NCBI GenBank assembly: GCA_964509365.1
Contig: CAZDWN010000003.1
Span: forward strand, 134,412 to 198,411
Reading direction: 5' to 3'
DNA: 64,000 bases
Source of the DNA: an uncultured Pseudomonadales bacterium
GTDB taxonomy: Bacteria > Patescibacteriota > Microgenomatia > UBA1400 > UBA12028
Both the position numbers and the translations under genes were made by a program. Positions 1-9,196 of the stretch are shown here, in pieces. A model generated the notes under the pieces. That model made no database searches. It was not told the origin of the DNA and saw only the letters and a list, made by a program, of their open reading frames with translations. The stretch's first letter is position 1; every line of letters begins with the position of its first letter.

Positions 1-372
1 TAATTTGATGGAGAGCACGATCGTGCTCGCGAGTACAAATATCCCCACAAGTCCAAGTATCGGTGAGCGAAGTCCAAAGAACAGGATCGACCACAGGAAG
101 TTAAAAAACAACTGCGCATAGAATGCCTTGAGCGCTTGCTTCACCTGTGGTTTCTTGTGTCCTTTTTTCCAAATGAGAAACAGCGAGATGCCCATGAGCG
201 CATAGAGCGTCGTCCACACGGGTCCAAAGACCCAGTTTGGAGGAGCAAAGAATGGCTTCGTAAGATGTGCGTACCACGTCGGGATGTTTGCGGTGGTGAA
301 CGGTGTGCCGGCAAGACCAACCAATTCACAGAACAGGATTGCGATGATGCCTTGCACGTACTTGTTTTTCAT
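1..372 (-). CDS. TspO/MBR family tryptophan-rich sensory protein, partial (C-terminal part runs off the window start)
   Basis: The reverse-strand frame is open from the ATG at 370-372 to the window edge. The translation MKNKYVQGIIAILFCELVGLAGTPFTTANIPTWYAHLTKPFFAPPNWVFGPVWTTLYALMGISLFLIWKKG... carries the TspO/MBR tryptophan-rich signature. It is absent from the ORF track only because it is truncated by the window edge; the two listed ORFs at 136-432(+) and 141-329(-) are shadow frames. Confidence 0.6.
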   Translation of the reverse strand, partial: MKNKYVQGIIAILFCELVGLAGTPFTTANIPTWYAHLTKPFFAPPNWVFGPVWTTLYALMGISLFLIWKKGHKKPQVKQALKAFYAQLFFNFLWSILFFGLRSPILGLVGIFVLASTIVLSIKL

Positions 373-415
373 ATCTTCAGTATACCGCTGGGTGTAAAAT
401 ATTGGCTAGAACCTT

Positions 416-955
416 ATGAATGCTATCGATGAAGAAGAATTGATCGAACAAGAATTTCACGTCTCGTGGTATATCATCACCTACAAGCTCCTCTTTGGGA
501 TCTTCGAAGTGGTACTGGCGACATTGCTCGCACTCTACGGACGAGCCGCTGCCGTGTGGTATCACGATTTTGCTCTTCGCGAGATCACTGAAGACCCCCA
601 CGATCTGTTGATCTACATGACGACGAAAGTCCTCCCAAACGTCCTCAATCATCGGACATTTTTGATCATCTACTTACTTACACTTGGGAGCGCCAAGATC
701 GCTGGCTCCATCGGTCTCATGTATCAAAAAAATTGGGGAGTCGATCTCCTCGTCGGCGTCACTTTGCTCATGTTTCCGTTTCAGCTCGTTCAGTTCCTAC
801 TTCATCCGACGTTCATGGATTTTGCATATATTTTCATTGGACTCTCTATCGCCATGTACTTGATCAACTTCAAACCTCACGTCTGGGCGAAGAAAATGGC
901 CCAAAAAGGCAAGCGTCATACGAGATTCTTACGAACTTCACACGACGAAGACTAA
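416..955 (+). CDS. DUF2127-like multi-pass membrane protein
   Basis: ATG at 416. Hydrophobic segments and a YIITYKLLFGIFEVVLATLLALYG-type N-terminus typical of DUF2127 membrane proteins. Confidence 0.4.
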   Translation: MNAIDEEELIEQEFHVSWYIITYKLLFGIFEVVLATLLALYGRAAAVWYHDFALREITEDPHDLLIYMTTKVLPNVLNHRTFLIIYLLTLGSAKIAGSIGLMYQKNWGVDLLVGVTLLMFPFQLVQFLLHPTFMDFAYIFIGLSIAMYLINFKPHVWAKKMAQKGKRHTRFLRTSHDED

Positions 956-1012
956 CCCTTGGCGGTATCCTATTCCTCAGTACATCAGTATATATTGTCC
1001 AAAGGAGAACCT

Positions 1013-1159
1013 ATGGGTATCTTAGATATCATCATTTTAGTTTTAGTCATTTCTTGGCTTGGAGGATTTGCACTTCACGTCGGTGGCGGATTGATTCACT
1101 TACTCTTGGTGGTCGCGTTGATCGTCCTCGTACTTCGCGCACTTGGCGTCAATGTCTAG
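1013..1159 (+). CDS. small membrane protein (lmo0937/DUF5670-like)
   Basis: MGILDIIILVLVISWLGGFALHVGGGLIHLLLVVALIVLVLRALG. A GGAG Shine-Dalgarno lies 6 nt upstream of the internal ATG at 1013. The upstream part of the listed ORF (959-) lacks an RBS. Confidence 0.45.
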   Translation: MGILDIIILVLVISWLGGFALHVGGGLIHLLLVVALIVLVLRALGVNV

Positions 1160-1508
1160 ACGATTTCCAATACGCAAAGAATGGGAGCACAAACGTGACG
1201 GTGTAGTAGATATACACATCGAGCTTGTAGTATCCGTCGGCTGGGTGCAAGAGTTTGAGGATGCCGATGTAGTCCATCACGATGGCGGTAAGCGTCCAGG
1301 CTACGGAGATGTAAAGCGCTTTTTGCCAACCCGACGGTTTCATTTTTTTGAAAAGTACCCACAGAGTCATTGCAATACCGATGGGCATGATGAGCCAACC
1401 GATGCTACCTGGCGGGACGACAAAGAAAAACACAAACCCTAAAATATACCCGACGAGCCAGAGGAGAAATCCCCAGACTGCGATCGATATGATGTCCTTG
1501 CGGTTCAT
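1149..1508 (-). CDS. integral membrane protein, unknown function
   Basis: 119-aa ORF with 3-4 predicted TM helices; no recognisable motif. Confidence 0.4.
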   Translation of the reverse strand: MNRKDIISIAVWGFLLWLVGYILGFVFFFVVPPGSIGWLIMPIGIAMTLWVLFKKMKPSGWQKALYISVAWTLTAIVMDYIGILKLLHPADGYYKLDVYIYYTVTFVLPFFAYWKSSRH

Positions 1509-1675
1509 ACTTTCAAAAACTCAAGTGCTTTGAAGACGATAAATGCTGGCCAAAAGAATGCTTTGATGATGCCGAACACGACCATCGTAGCGGTCGGAGC
1601 TGTTTGGATAAAGTACACCATCGCGCCGATGACTCCGAGACCATAAAAAGCGTTTGCACAGGGCTTATTTTTCAT
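1505..1675 (-). CDS. small membrane protein
   Basis: Internal start MKNKPCANAFYGLGVIGAMVYF...; 56 aa with two hydrophobic helices. The upstream extension of the listed ORF overlaps the neighbouring gene and is not supported. Confidence 0.3.
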   Translation of the reverse strand: MKNKPCANAFYGLGVIGAMVYFIQTAPTATMVVFGIIKAFFWPAFIVFKALEFLKV

Positions 1676-1718
1676 ACCTATAGAATACAATTTTTGTAGA
1701 TATATTCTGTGATCTTGA

Positions 1719-2108
1719 TCACTCATGAACTCTTCGTGTCTGTGAATTTGGGTACTCTTGTACATCAGCGATAGCCGACGCGATTTGGCTACTCAATTCT
1801 TCGACATTGAGAGGAGATTTTGATTCAAGCGATGCGAATTGGATTTCACGATCCGGACTAACGATGTCATAGATGACATCAAAGGCTGGTAACTTTGTAT
1901 TGCCAGACGGGTACATCAGAATCGTGCAAATATGTTCGCGTCCATGGGTTACAACGTGAGTCACATGTGTAAAATCTCCATTTGGCCTCTTTTCATACGG
2001 CACAGTACGAAGTGTGTACCCTTTCAAGGCTCTCTCAATTGGTCTACGAAATGTTTCAGGAAAACTTGTGTGTTCGCGTGATAGTGCTTCTCGGTTCTCT
2101 ACTTGCAT
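1719..2108 (-). CDS. hypothetical protein
   Basis: 129-aa ORF; no recognisable motif. Confidence 0.3.
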   Translation of the reverse strand: MQVENREALSREHTSFPETFRRPIERALKGYTLRTVPYEKRPNGDFTHVTHVVTHGREHICTILMYPSGNTKLPAFDVIYDIVSPDREIQFASLESKSPLNVEELSSQIASAIADVQEYPNSQTRRVHE

Positions 2109-2123
2109 AGAAGATCTTTCAAG

Positions 2124-2765
2124 TTAATCAAACTGAAAGCTCGCGAGGACGTGCTCCAAGATACTGTCAGTCTCCTTGGCTCCGACCGCGTACTCACTTT
2201 CGATATCATACAAGTACTCGTCGCGCTCAAAAAAGAATGCTCGTCGATCGACATTGCCTCGTCCATTGCGGACACTTACTTGTGTGCCGATGATATCACC
2301 AATTGTCCGAGGATAGACCTCAGGCGCCGAACCGCCAGTCACGGCCGGGTAGAGTTCGATCAAATGATTCAGGGTATTTTGCTTGCTTTTTTTGATGATA
2401 TTGACTGAGAAGACACCGCTGAGCATCGGATGATCGATCTGATCTCCGTCTTCCGGTGCAGTGATGGCGACGAGGTTGGCGATGTCTGGAGTGATCTCAG
2501 GTGGCGCTGGCTTTGCCACGTTCCAATTTTCAGGATACACAAACGAGAAATGATACTGCGCATTGGTGTAGGTCTTTTGTCCGACGCCATCGGCGACGGG
2601 TTCACTGTCTACCGGCACAGGTGAAGCATCCAGTGAAATGACAGGCGTCGGCTCGGGAGCAGTGAAACGCACGCGAGCAAAGATTGCCTGACCATAGACT
2701 GCGAGGATCACTACAAGGATGGTGACACTGACTCCAATGACTGCTTGTGGACTGAGGTGAGTCAT
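2124..2765 (-). CDS. membrane-anchored exported protein, unknown function
   Basis: N-terminal signal-anchor (VIGVSVTILVVILAVYG) followed by a Pro/Thr-rich linker and a soluble domain. Confidence 0.4.
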   Translation of the reverse strand: MTHLSPQAVIGVSVTILVVILAVYGQAIFARVRFTAPEPTPVISLDASPVPVDSEPVADGVGQKTYTNAQYHFSFVYPENWNVAKPAPPEITPDIANLVAITAPEDGDQIDHPMLSGVFSVNIIKKSKQNTLNHLIELYPAVTGGSAPEVYPRTIGDIIGTQVSVRNGRGNVDRRAFFFERDEYLYDIESEYAVGAKETDSILEHVLASFQFD

Positions 2766-2787
2766 GCCTCCATCCTACCACTCTTGA

Positions 2788-3396
2788 GTGATATATACTT
2801 ACCTGATGGGACGTATCAGTGTCTGGATCATCTTTGTACTAAACATCTTTCTTGGGTTTGCGGTCGTCATTTCTCCGTACGTCACTGGAGTAGATTGGAA
2901 GATGATAGGCAATCAGCTTGGGGACATCTCGGTGATCGCTTTTGGTCTCACGCTCGTGCCAGGGATACTCCTGCGCTTTGGAGCCGTCCGGCGCTATGCC
3001 CCGATCTACGCATTTTTGAAATTGATTCGTCGTCAACTTGGCATTTTCGTCTTTGTCACGGCGCTTGCGCACACAGTGTGGAGCTTTGTCTTGCCCTCGC
3101 ATACACTGATTCCTATCCGTATGTCTGATTGGATGGGAGCGGTCGCCCTCGCTGTCTTCTTTGTGTTATTCCTGACTTCAAATGATCAGTTACAATCTCG
3201 TCTGTCGCATGCATGGAATACACTTCATAGTTTAGTACATGTGATGATTTGGCTGGTGCTGCTTCATATAGTGCTGAAGGCAAATATCCAATGGTCGCTG
3301 ATCACCGGGATGGTGATCCTCGCAGATGTCGGATCGTGGGGATGGTATCTCTCACACTCAGAGCAAGTATTCGGCGACGTAGAGCAGCGCTCCTGA
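2788..3396 (+). CDS. ferric-reductase-like transmembrane domain protein (MsrQ/YedZ-like heme-binding membrane subunit)
   Basis: About 200 aa with 6 predicted TM helices and paired conserved His residues (TALAHTVWSF, LHSLVHVMIW), as in the ferric reductase / MsrQ family. Confidence 0.4.
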   Translation: MIYTYLMGRISVWIIFVLNIFLGFAVVISPYVTGVDWKMIGNQLGDISVIAFGLTLVPGILLRFGAVRRYAPIYAFLKLIRRQLGIFVFVTALAHTVWSFVLPSHTLIPIRMSDWMGAVALAVFFVLFLTSNDQLQSRLSHAWNTLHSLVHVMIWLVLLHIVLKANIQWSLITGMVILADVGSWGWYLSHSEQVFGDVEQRS

Positions 3397-3774
3397 AAAG
3401 ACAGAGATGAGCCAAAAGATCATGAACGTGATCGTCGTTTTCTTGTGGGTCTGGAAATAGTTCTCACCTTTTTTGTATTTGAAATATGCATTTGCGAAAA
3501 ACCAAATCAGTGCGACAAACATAATGAGGGAGAGGATCCCGTGGGTGATCGCGAGTCCAGTCTTCCAGGTAAATGCGCCTGTGTGAGTCTCTTTTTGACT
3601 GGAGCTATAAACCATGTAGCTGATGTTAAAGATGATCTCGTAGGCGAGCGTCCCAAAGGCAAGCATTTTTGGGAAGACTGCAGTCTTGATACTTTTCCAA
3701 AATACCGTGATCACCGCCGCGGTGACGAAGAATTCTGTGATGAGGGTGATGGTACTAAAAAGTGGTGCAGTCAT
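3358..3774 (-). CDS. integral membrane protein, unknown function
   Basis: 138 aa with 4 predicted TM helices. Confidence 0.35.
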   Translation of the reverse strand: MTAPLFSTITLITEFFVTAAVITVFWKSIKTAVFPKMLAFGTLAYEIIFNISYMVYSSSQKETHTGAFTWKTGLAITHGILSLIMFVALIWFFANAYFKYKKGENYFQTHKKTTITFMIFWLISVFSGALLYVAEYLL

Positions 3775-3775
3775 A

Positions 3776-4321
3776 TTATTTTCTCTTTCGAATTTCCTTC
3801 CAAAAGAATACAGTGCCGGACAACAAAAAGAGCATGCCTAAAACCCATGTGAACAAGACCGTGATACCGAATATTGCATGTGTTATCAGACCCTTGGTCG
3901 TGCGAGAGTACATCATGTCTCCACCAGCAAACCCCATCTTGCTTCCCGCTATCGTCGCAGTCGGGTCACATCCACTCATTCGTTTTCCCATCGCAATATG
4001 CATATTCTTCTCACCGTCGTCACCGAGACGGTCACTCATGCGCGCATTCATATCGGCGTGATTTGCGCCCAGCATAGAGCCCATGAAATAGTCACCGAGG
4101 ACGTCAAAGTCATCATCAGTGAGTTCATTGCACGTCACTGTTTTATTTTGTAACTTCTCCCATACAGCTTTGCCTTCCGCTTCATCTTGAGCAGTCTGAG
4201 TGACTGCTTCAGACGATGCAGACGAACTGGGCGCAGCATAGCGTCCCATCATTTGTGCGTGGACAGGGGCAGCAGCGAGAAAGAATGCGATGAGTGAGAG
4301 TATGAGTTGGCGAGTAGTCAT
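3776..4321 (-). CDS. exported protein with C-terminal membrane anchor
   Basis: Signal peptide MTTRQLILSLIAFFLAAAPVHA; Met/Gly/Asp-rich middle; C-terminal TM plus KRK stop-transfer. Confidence 0.4.
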   Translation of the reverse strand: MTTRQLILSLIAFFLAAAPVHAQMMGRYAAPSSSASSEAVTQTAQDEAEGKAVWEKLQNKTVTCNELTDDDFDVLGDYFMGSMLGANHADMNARMSDRLGDDGEKNMHIAMGKRMSGCDPTATIAGSKMGFAGGDMMYSRTTKGLITHAIFGITVLFTWVLGMLFLLSGTVFFWKEIRKRK

Positions 4322-4352
4322 CCATCAACTATACAACATAGCTTGAAGATAT

Positions 4353-5567
4353 TCATTTCGTTGCTAAGAGAGGGTACGTTGAAAGTATCTCAAGTAGTGG
4401 ATCGCCGGCAACGATATCATAGTTACAGATTTTAGATGTTCCATTTGTAAAATCCCATGGGAGATATCCTACTATTCCTGCCTGAAATTGTAAGTTCATT
4501 TTTGCTCTCATCTTATTGGCTCGTTCGCCTAACTTCATACAGCCAATGCCATTTTCTGAAGCTTTTATTCCTGCCTCACCGATAAAGAGTGGTTTTTGTA
4601 TGAGCTTCATTTGATTTAAGCGTTTTTGCAGTCCATTCCATTGATCACCCGGCATCACTTGTGTCTCTCGTCCATAGTCATGAAAACTTGCAATATCAAT
4701 GCCAGGGCTTTGATGGACATATTGATAATCTTCAAAAACCGTACCGCACTGTCCGTCTCCTATGGTACCTGAACTCACCATATGATTTGGATCAATTTTC
4801 TTTATTTCGCCTCCGACCGTGTCAAAAAATGTACGAAGAGCCTTGCGGCTCCGAGACTCATTTGAGCAGGTAATCGCAGAGAAGCATTGAGAGCCTTTTC
4901 CCTTGGCGCAGTCGACGGCGATCGGTTCATTGATTGGCTCCCACATTGCAATTGACTTGGAGTCTTTATACCGACTGACAATGGCTTTCACATAGTCAAA
5001 ATATGACAGCGGAGTCAGACCGTTTCCAAGATCATTCACGATTGTGCGGAATCCACCTTCGTACCAAGCGATGTCTCGCCAATGGCCATCATCGCACGTG
5101 CCCGACTGATCTCCGATAGTGAGGATCAATCTTGTCCCGCTTTTCGACGCTTCATTGACAAGCCTGTCCAGGCCGGTCCAGTCGATCTGTTTGGTTTTTG
5201 TATTTACTGCCATACCGCCTTGAAATGCCCAAGTACGGACGACGGAGTTTGGTCTCAACGAAGACAGGAACTGATTAATGTCTTTCTCCATGCCGCCACA
5301 CCCTGCACTCACGCCCTCCATACCTCCGAGATGATACGCATTCACCCCAACGAATCGATATGGATCACCATTAAGGTAGACTTTGGTGCCGTACGCGCTG
5401 AGGAACGGGGTGTTTTTGACTGGGCTTGTGGGGTTAGGCTGGGTGGAAATCCCTAAAATATTTGAATGATGAGTCAGCGTGAACCCTATCGAGATGTATG
5501 CAAGCAGCAAGAAGAATGTTCCCACAAAGAGAACTGGCACGTAGACACTGGTTTTTTTCTTTTTCAT
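4353..5567 (-). CDS. glycoside hydrolase family 5 (clan GH-A, beta-mannanase/cellulase-like), secreted
   Basis: N-terminal signal/TM. Conserved acid/base motif WEPINEP and nucleophile motif FIGEAG, characteristic of GH5. Start taken at MKKKKTS (second Met). Confidence 0.6.
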   Translation of the reverse strand: MKKKKTSVYVPVLFVGTFFLLLAYISIGFTLTHHSNILGISTQPNPTSPVKNTPFLSAYGTKVYLNGDPYRFVGVNAYHLGGMEGVSAGCGGMEKDINQFLSSLRPNSVVRTWAFQGGMAVNTKTKQIDWTGLDRLVNEASKSGTRLILTIGDQSGTCDDGHWRDIAWYEGGFRTIVNDLGNGLTPLSYFDYVKAIVSRYKDSKSIAMWEPINEPIAVDCAKGKGSQCFSAITCSNESRSRKALRTFFDTVGGEIKKIDPNHMVSSGTIGDGQCGTVFEDYQYVHQSPGIDIASFHDYGRETQVMPGDQWNGLQKRLNQMKLIQKPLFIGEAGIKASENGIGCMKLGERANKMRAKMNLQFQAGIVGYLPWDFTNGTSKICNYDIVAGDPLLEILSTYPLLATK

Positions 5568-5645
5568 GAAGCAAAAGTGTATCATCTAGTCTCGATAGTG
5601 AAGGTAAGAAAAGATACTTACTGATTGCTTACAATTTTTTTACAC

Positions 5646-5674
5646 TTGTTCTCACGTCCGTACTTTAGTATGAT
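5646..5674 (+). promoter_or_regulatory. sigma70-like promoter of the glycan operon (TTGTTC-N17-TATGAT)
   Basis: -35 TTGTTC at 5646-5651, a 17-nt spacer, and -10 TATGAT at 5669-5674, about 48 nt upstream of the ATG at 5723. Confidence 0.35.
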
Positions 5675-5722
5675 ATAGGTCTATCTCGAGTTGAGCTATC
5701 CCACAAGCTAGAAAATCTGCCC

Positions 5723-7936
5723 ATGTCATCTCCGCAACTTTCAATTGTCATTCCAGTTTTTAATGAAGAACTCACGATTCACACTTTATTGAAACGATTG
5801 GACACTTCTTTGCGTCAAGCAAATATTTCCTATGAAGTGATCGTTGTCGATGACAATTCATCGGATCAAACTATTGAGATACTCGGCCAACTACGCCATA
5901 AATATCCACTCACTGTCTTTCGAAAAACAAATGTTCAAACGCAAGGGAAAGGGTATTCGCTCGTGTATGGGTTTACGCAGGCGAGAGGCGAATTCTTTGC
6001 CATGATTGACGCGGATTTATCCTACCCACCCGAAGCAATTCCGCTCATGGTTGAAAGAATCAAAGCTGGTGCCGGAGTTGTCATCGCAGACCGTGAGAAA
6101 AAAAATACGGGATTTGTTCGGAAACTGATGAGCTCGACCTTTCACACACTCTTTCTACGTGGCTTGCATGGCGTAGATCTGGATGTCCAGTCTGGATTGA
6201 AAGTTTTTCGATCAGAAATATTGCGTCGCGTGCAGTTGCATCCGACGGCATGGGCATTTGATCTAGAGCTCTTACTTCAAGCCCAGCGAGGCGGATACTC
6301 TATTGAGTCAGTACCCATCGTATTCGAAAAGCGCTCCCATCGCAGATCGACAACCAACCGCACAAAACAGGCGTATCAAATCGGTTCAAATTCCATTCAG
6401 CTTAAATCCAAAGAGATCGAACCTATCTTATTTACTTCAGAAATGGAAAAGAAGGAAGGCCACGGCTTCCATTACAATGGCGATAAATATATCCCACATA
6501 CACATCTGCCGTCGCATGAGACAGCCTTATACCGTCTCTCACGAAATCAAAAAACATTCCTATTTGTCTCTTTCATTCTCTTGTCGCTCTGTCTCTTTTA
6601 TTTTTGGCACACGACCTTCACGATCCTTATCGCTATCTTGACCTCGGTCTACTTTGCAGATCTGCTCTTCAATTTGTATCTTATCTATCGGAGTTTTTCG
6701 AAGCCACCTGAATTGACGGTGAGTAAGAAAGAAATTGATGAAGTGCCCGATCATATGTGGCCGACATACACAATCTTCTGTCCGTTGTATAAAGAGCCTG
6801 AGGTCATCCCTCAATTTGTGACTGCGATGAGTCAGCTCGATTATCCCAAAGATAAATTACAGATCATGCTTCTTTTAGAAGCGGACGATACCGAGACAAT
6901 CAATAAGGCAAGGATGATGATGTTACCTCCGTATTTTGAGATTGTCGTCGTACCACATTCATTGCCGAAGACAAAGCCAAAAGCATGCAACTATGGATTA
7001 CTGTATGCAAAAGGGGAACTCGTCGTCATTTACGACGCCGAAGATGTCCCTGACCATGATCAATTGAAAAAAGCGGCAATCGCATTTCGCAAGAGCCCGG
7101 GAAATATCGCCTGCGTCCAAGCGAAGCTCAATTTTTATAATCCCCATCAGAATATCTTGACGAGAGCGTTTACCGCGGAATACTCACTTTGGTTTGATCT
7201 TGTGCTGACGGGCTTACAATCGATCAACGCTCCAATTCCACTTGGCGGTACTTCAAATCATTTCCGCACGAAACAGCTCCGTGCGTTTCATGGATGGGAT
7301 GCATTTAATGTGACTGAAGATTGCGACCTCGGAATACGATTGATTAAACGAGGGTTTTATACTGGTGTCCTCGATTCCACCACACTCGAAGAAGCAAATA
7401 GTGATTTGCCGAATTGGTTCAGTCAACGATCTCGTTGGATCAAAGGCTATATGCAGACCTACCTGGTGCATATGAGACGTCCCGGAGAATTTATCCGAAG
7501 TTGGCGCGAGCCTCACGCGATCACGTTTCAACTCGTCGTCGGTGGGAAAATCCTCTCAATGTTTATCAATCCCTTTATGTGGATGCTCACGATCGCGTAT
7601 TTTGCGTTACGTCCGATCGTCGGTCCTGCGATCGAATCCTTCTATCCGACGCCAGTACTGTATATGGCGGTGTTTTCACTCGTCATCGGAAATTTCTTGT
7701 ATGCCTATTACTACATGATCGGATGTGCGAAACGAGATCATGATGAACTCATCAAATATGTTTTCTTGGTCCCACTGTACTGGCTGGCGATGAGTCTCGC
7801 TGCGTGGAAAGCGTTTCGTGAGCTCATCGTCCGTCCTCATCACTGGGCAAAAACGAAACATGGTTTGCATCTCATCAGTAAGAAAGGTCTCGCACAAACA
7901 ACAGAACGGATCGGGGAGAACATACGCTTTGCGTAA
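5723..7936 (+). CDS. fused dual-domain family-2 glycosyltransferase: N-terminal DPM1-like GT2, transmembrane core, C-terminal processive synthase-like GT2 (QxxRW)
   Basis: N-terminus LSIVIPVFNEELTIHTLLKRL...VIVVDDNSSDQT...IDADLSYPPE is polyprenol-phosphate-sugar-synthase-like. Residues about 340-737 carry IFCPLYKEPEV, DAED, TEDCDLG and QRSRWIKGY (QxxRW) with flanking TM helices, as in cellulose/chitin/hyaluronan-synthase-like enzymes. Confidence 0.7.
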   Translation: MSSPQLSIVIPVFNEELTIHTLLKRLDTSLRQANISYEVIVVDDNSSDQTIEILGQLRHKYPLTVFRKTNVQTQGKGYSLVYGFTQARGEFFAMIDADLSYPPEAIPLMVERIKAGAGVVIADREKKNTGFVRKLMSSTFHTLFLRGLHGVDLDVQSGLKVFRSEILRRVQLHPTAWAFDLELLLQAQRGGYSIESVPIVFEKRSHRRSTTNRTKQAYQIGSNSIQLKSKEIEPILFTSEMEKKEGHGFHYNGDKYIPHTHLPSHETALYRLSRNQKTFLFVSFILLSLCLFYFWHTTFTILIAILTSVYFADLLFNLYLIYRSFSKPPELTVSKKEIDEVPDHMWPTYTIFCPLYKEPEVIPQFVTAMSQLDYPKDKLQIMLLLEADDTETINKARMMMLPPYFEIVVVPHSLPKTKPKACNYGLLYAKGELVVIYDAEDVPDHDQLKKAAIAFRKSPGNIACVQAKLNFYNPHQNILTRAFTAEYSLWFDLVLTGLQSINAPIPLGGTSNHFRTKQLRAFHGWDAFNVTEDCDLGIRLIKRGFYTGVLDSTTLEEANSDLPNWFSQRSRWIKGYMQTYLVHMRRPGEFIRSWREPHAITFQLVVGGKILSMFINPFMWMLTIAYFALRPIVGPAIESFYPTPVLYMAVFSLVIGNFLYAYYYMIGCAKRDHDELIKYVFLVPLYWLAMSLAAWKAFRELIVRPHHWAKTKHGLHLISKKGLAQTTERIGENIRFA

Positions 7937-7948
7937 CAAAAAAATCAC

Positions 7949-9196
7949 ATGAAAATTCACTCAAAACACGTCCTCAGTGGCAGCTTTCTCGTTTCAGCCG
8001 TAATTGGCTCAAACTTTCTCAACTTTTTATTTAACGCCTTGCTGGGTCGTTGGCTCTCATTTGAAAACTTTGGACTGATCACGCTTATCATCACCTTTTA
8101 TTACGTTTCCTCAATATTCACCAATGCTCTCTCAGGGACTATCAATTTTTCAGTCTCGACGATGGAAGGAAACAATGAGCAAGACAGGGCAGAGGTGTTT
8201 TATCCAATGGTCGTCAAAAAAAGTTTGATGGCAGCACTCATCGGGAGCGGTCTGTGGGCAATTTGCATTCCACTCCTGATGACATTTTTTCATTCTGGTT
8301 CTCCGTGGCCATTTCTCGCTTTTATACCGATACTCATCGGCAGTGTCTACGCGTATGCCACGATCGGATATTTCCAAGGTTCACTTCGATTTGGAAGTGC
8401 CGGTGCTGTCATGATCGCGGAGCCGATTGTCAAACTCATCGCAGGAATAGCCCTCACTCTCGTTGGGCTCGGTGTCCTTGCTTACCTTTCGCTCCCGCTC
8501 TCACTCGTCGGCGCGGCGGCGATCGGTTTCATCCTCATCCAGAAAACGAACACTCGATCAAAGTCGGTCTCTTCAAAGTCTTTTGCTTTTCCTTGGCATT
8601 TCTTTCTGACTTCGCTGGCAGCCGGTATTGGATCGACAGTCTTTTTTAGTCTCGATATTTTCTTAGTGCGACACTACTTTAGTTCTACGTTGAGTGGTCA
8701 ATATGCGTTAGTCTCTTTGATCGGGAAGATGGTGTACTTTTTTGCCGTGCTTCCAAATATATTTACGCTTCCGATTGTAGCCAGGACAAGAGATGAGAGT
8801 GAGATCATGCGACTTTTTTTGATCGTCCTCGGATCGACGATCGCCCTTTGTGTCGTCGCTTGGGTTGGACTTGTCGGCCTGGGTTGGTTGTTCGTGCCGT
8901 TACTCTTTGGAGCAAAAGCAAATGCAATCCTCACGCTCCTGCCACAGTATGTATTGGGAATTTCGCTCTATTCTATTGCAAGTGTCATCATTGGATTTCA
9001 GGTCGTGAAGAAACGGTACATTTTTGGATATATTTCACTTCTTACTGGAATCATATTTGCGATCTTGATGATGATGGGGCATTCATCTCTCTCTGTAGTG
9101 ATCTCGAACCTTGTTCTTACTTGTCTATTACTTTTGTCAGGTGTAATAGTCCTATATTTATTCTACCCAAGGAGGGCCGTGTCTCATGCAAAATAA
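7949..9196 (+). CDS. polysaccharide biosynthesis protein / oligosaccharide flippase (Wzx/MOP superfamily)
   Basis: 415 aa with about 12-14 TM helices; sits within the glycan gene cluster. Confidence 0.55.
   Translation: MKIHSKHVLSGSFLVSAVIGSNFLNFLFNALLGRWLSFENFGLITLIITFYYVSSIFTNALSGTINFSVSTMEGNNEQDRAEVFYPMVVKKSLMAALIGSGLWAICIPLLMTFFHSGSPWPFLAFIPILIGSVYAYATIGYFQGSLRFGSAGAVMIAEPIVKLIAGIALTLVGLGVLAYLSLPLSLVGAAAIGFILIQKTNTRSKSVSSKSFAFPWHFFLTSLAAGIGSTVFFSLDIFLVRHYFSSTLSGQYALVSLIGKMVYFFAVLPNIFTLPIVARTRDESEIMRLFLIVLGSTIALCVVAWVGLVGLGWLFVPLLFGAKANAILTLLPQYVLGISLYSIASVIIGFQVVKKRYIFGYISLLTGIIFAILMMMGHSSLSVVISNLVLTCLLLLSGVIVLYLFYPRRAVSHAK

Noticed and set aside
136-432. ORFs 136-432(+) and 141-329(-) at the window start
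   Set aside because: The same DNA in another minus-strand frame encodes a clean TspO/MBR protein running to the window edge; the listed ORFs are shadow frames.
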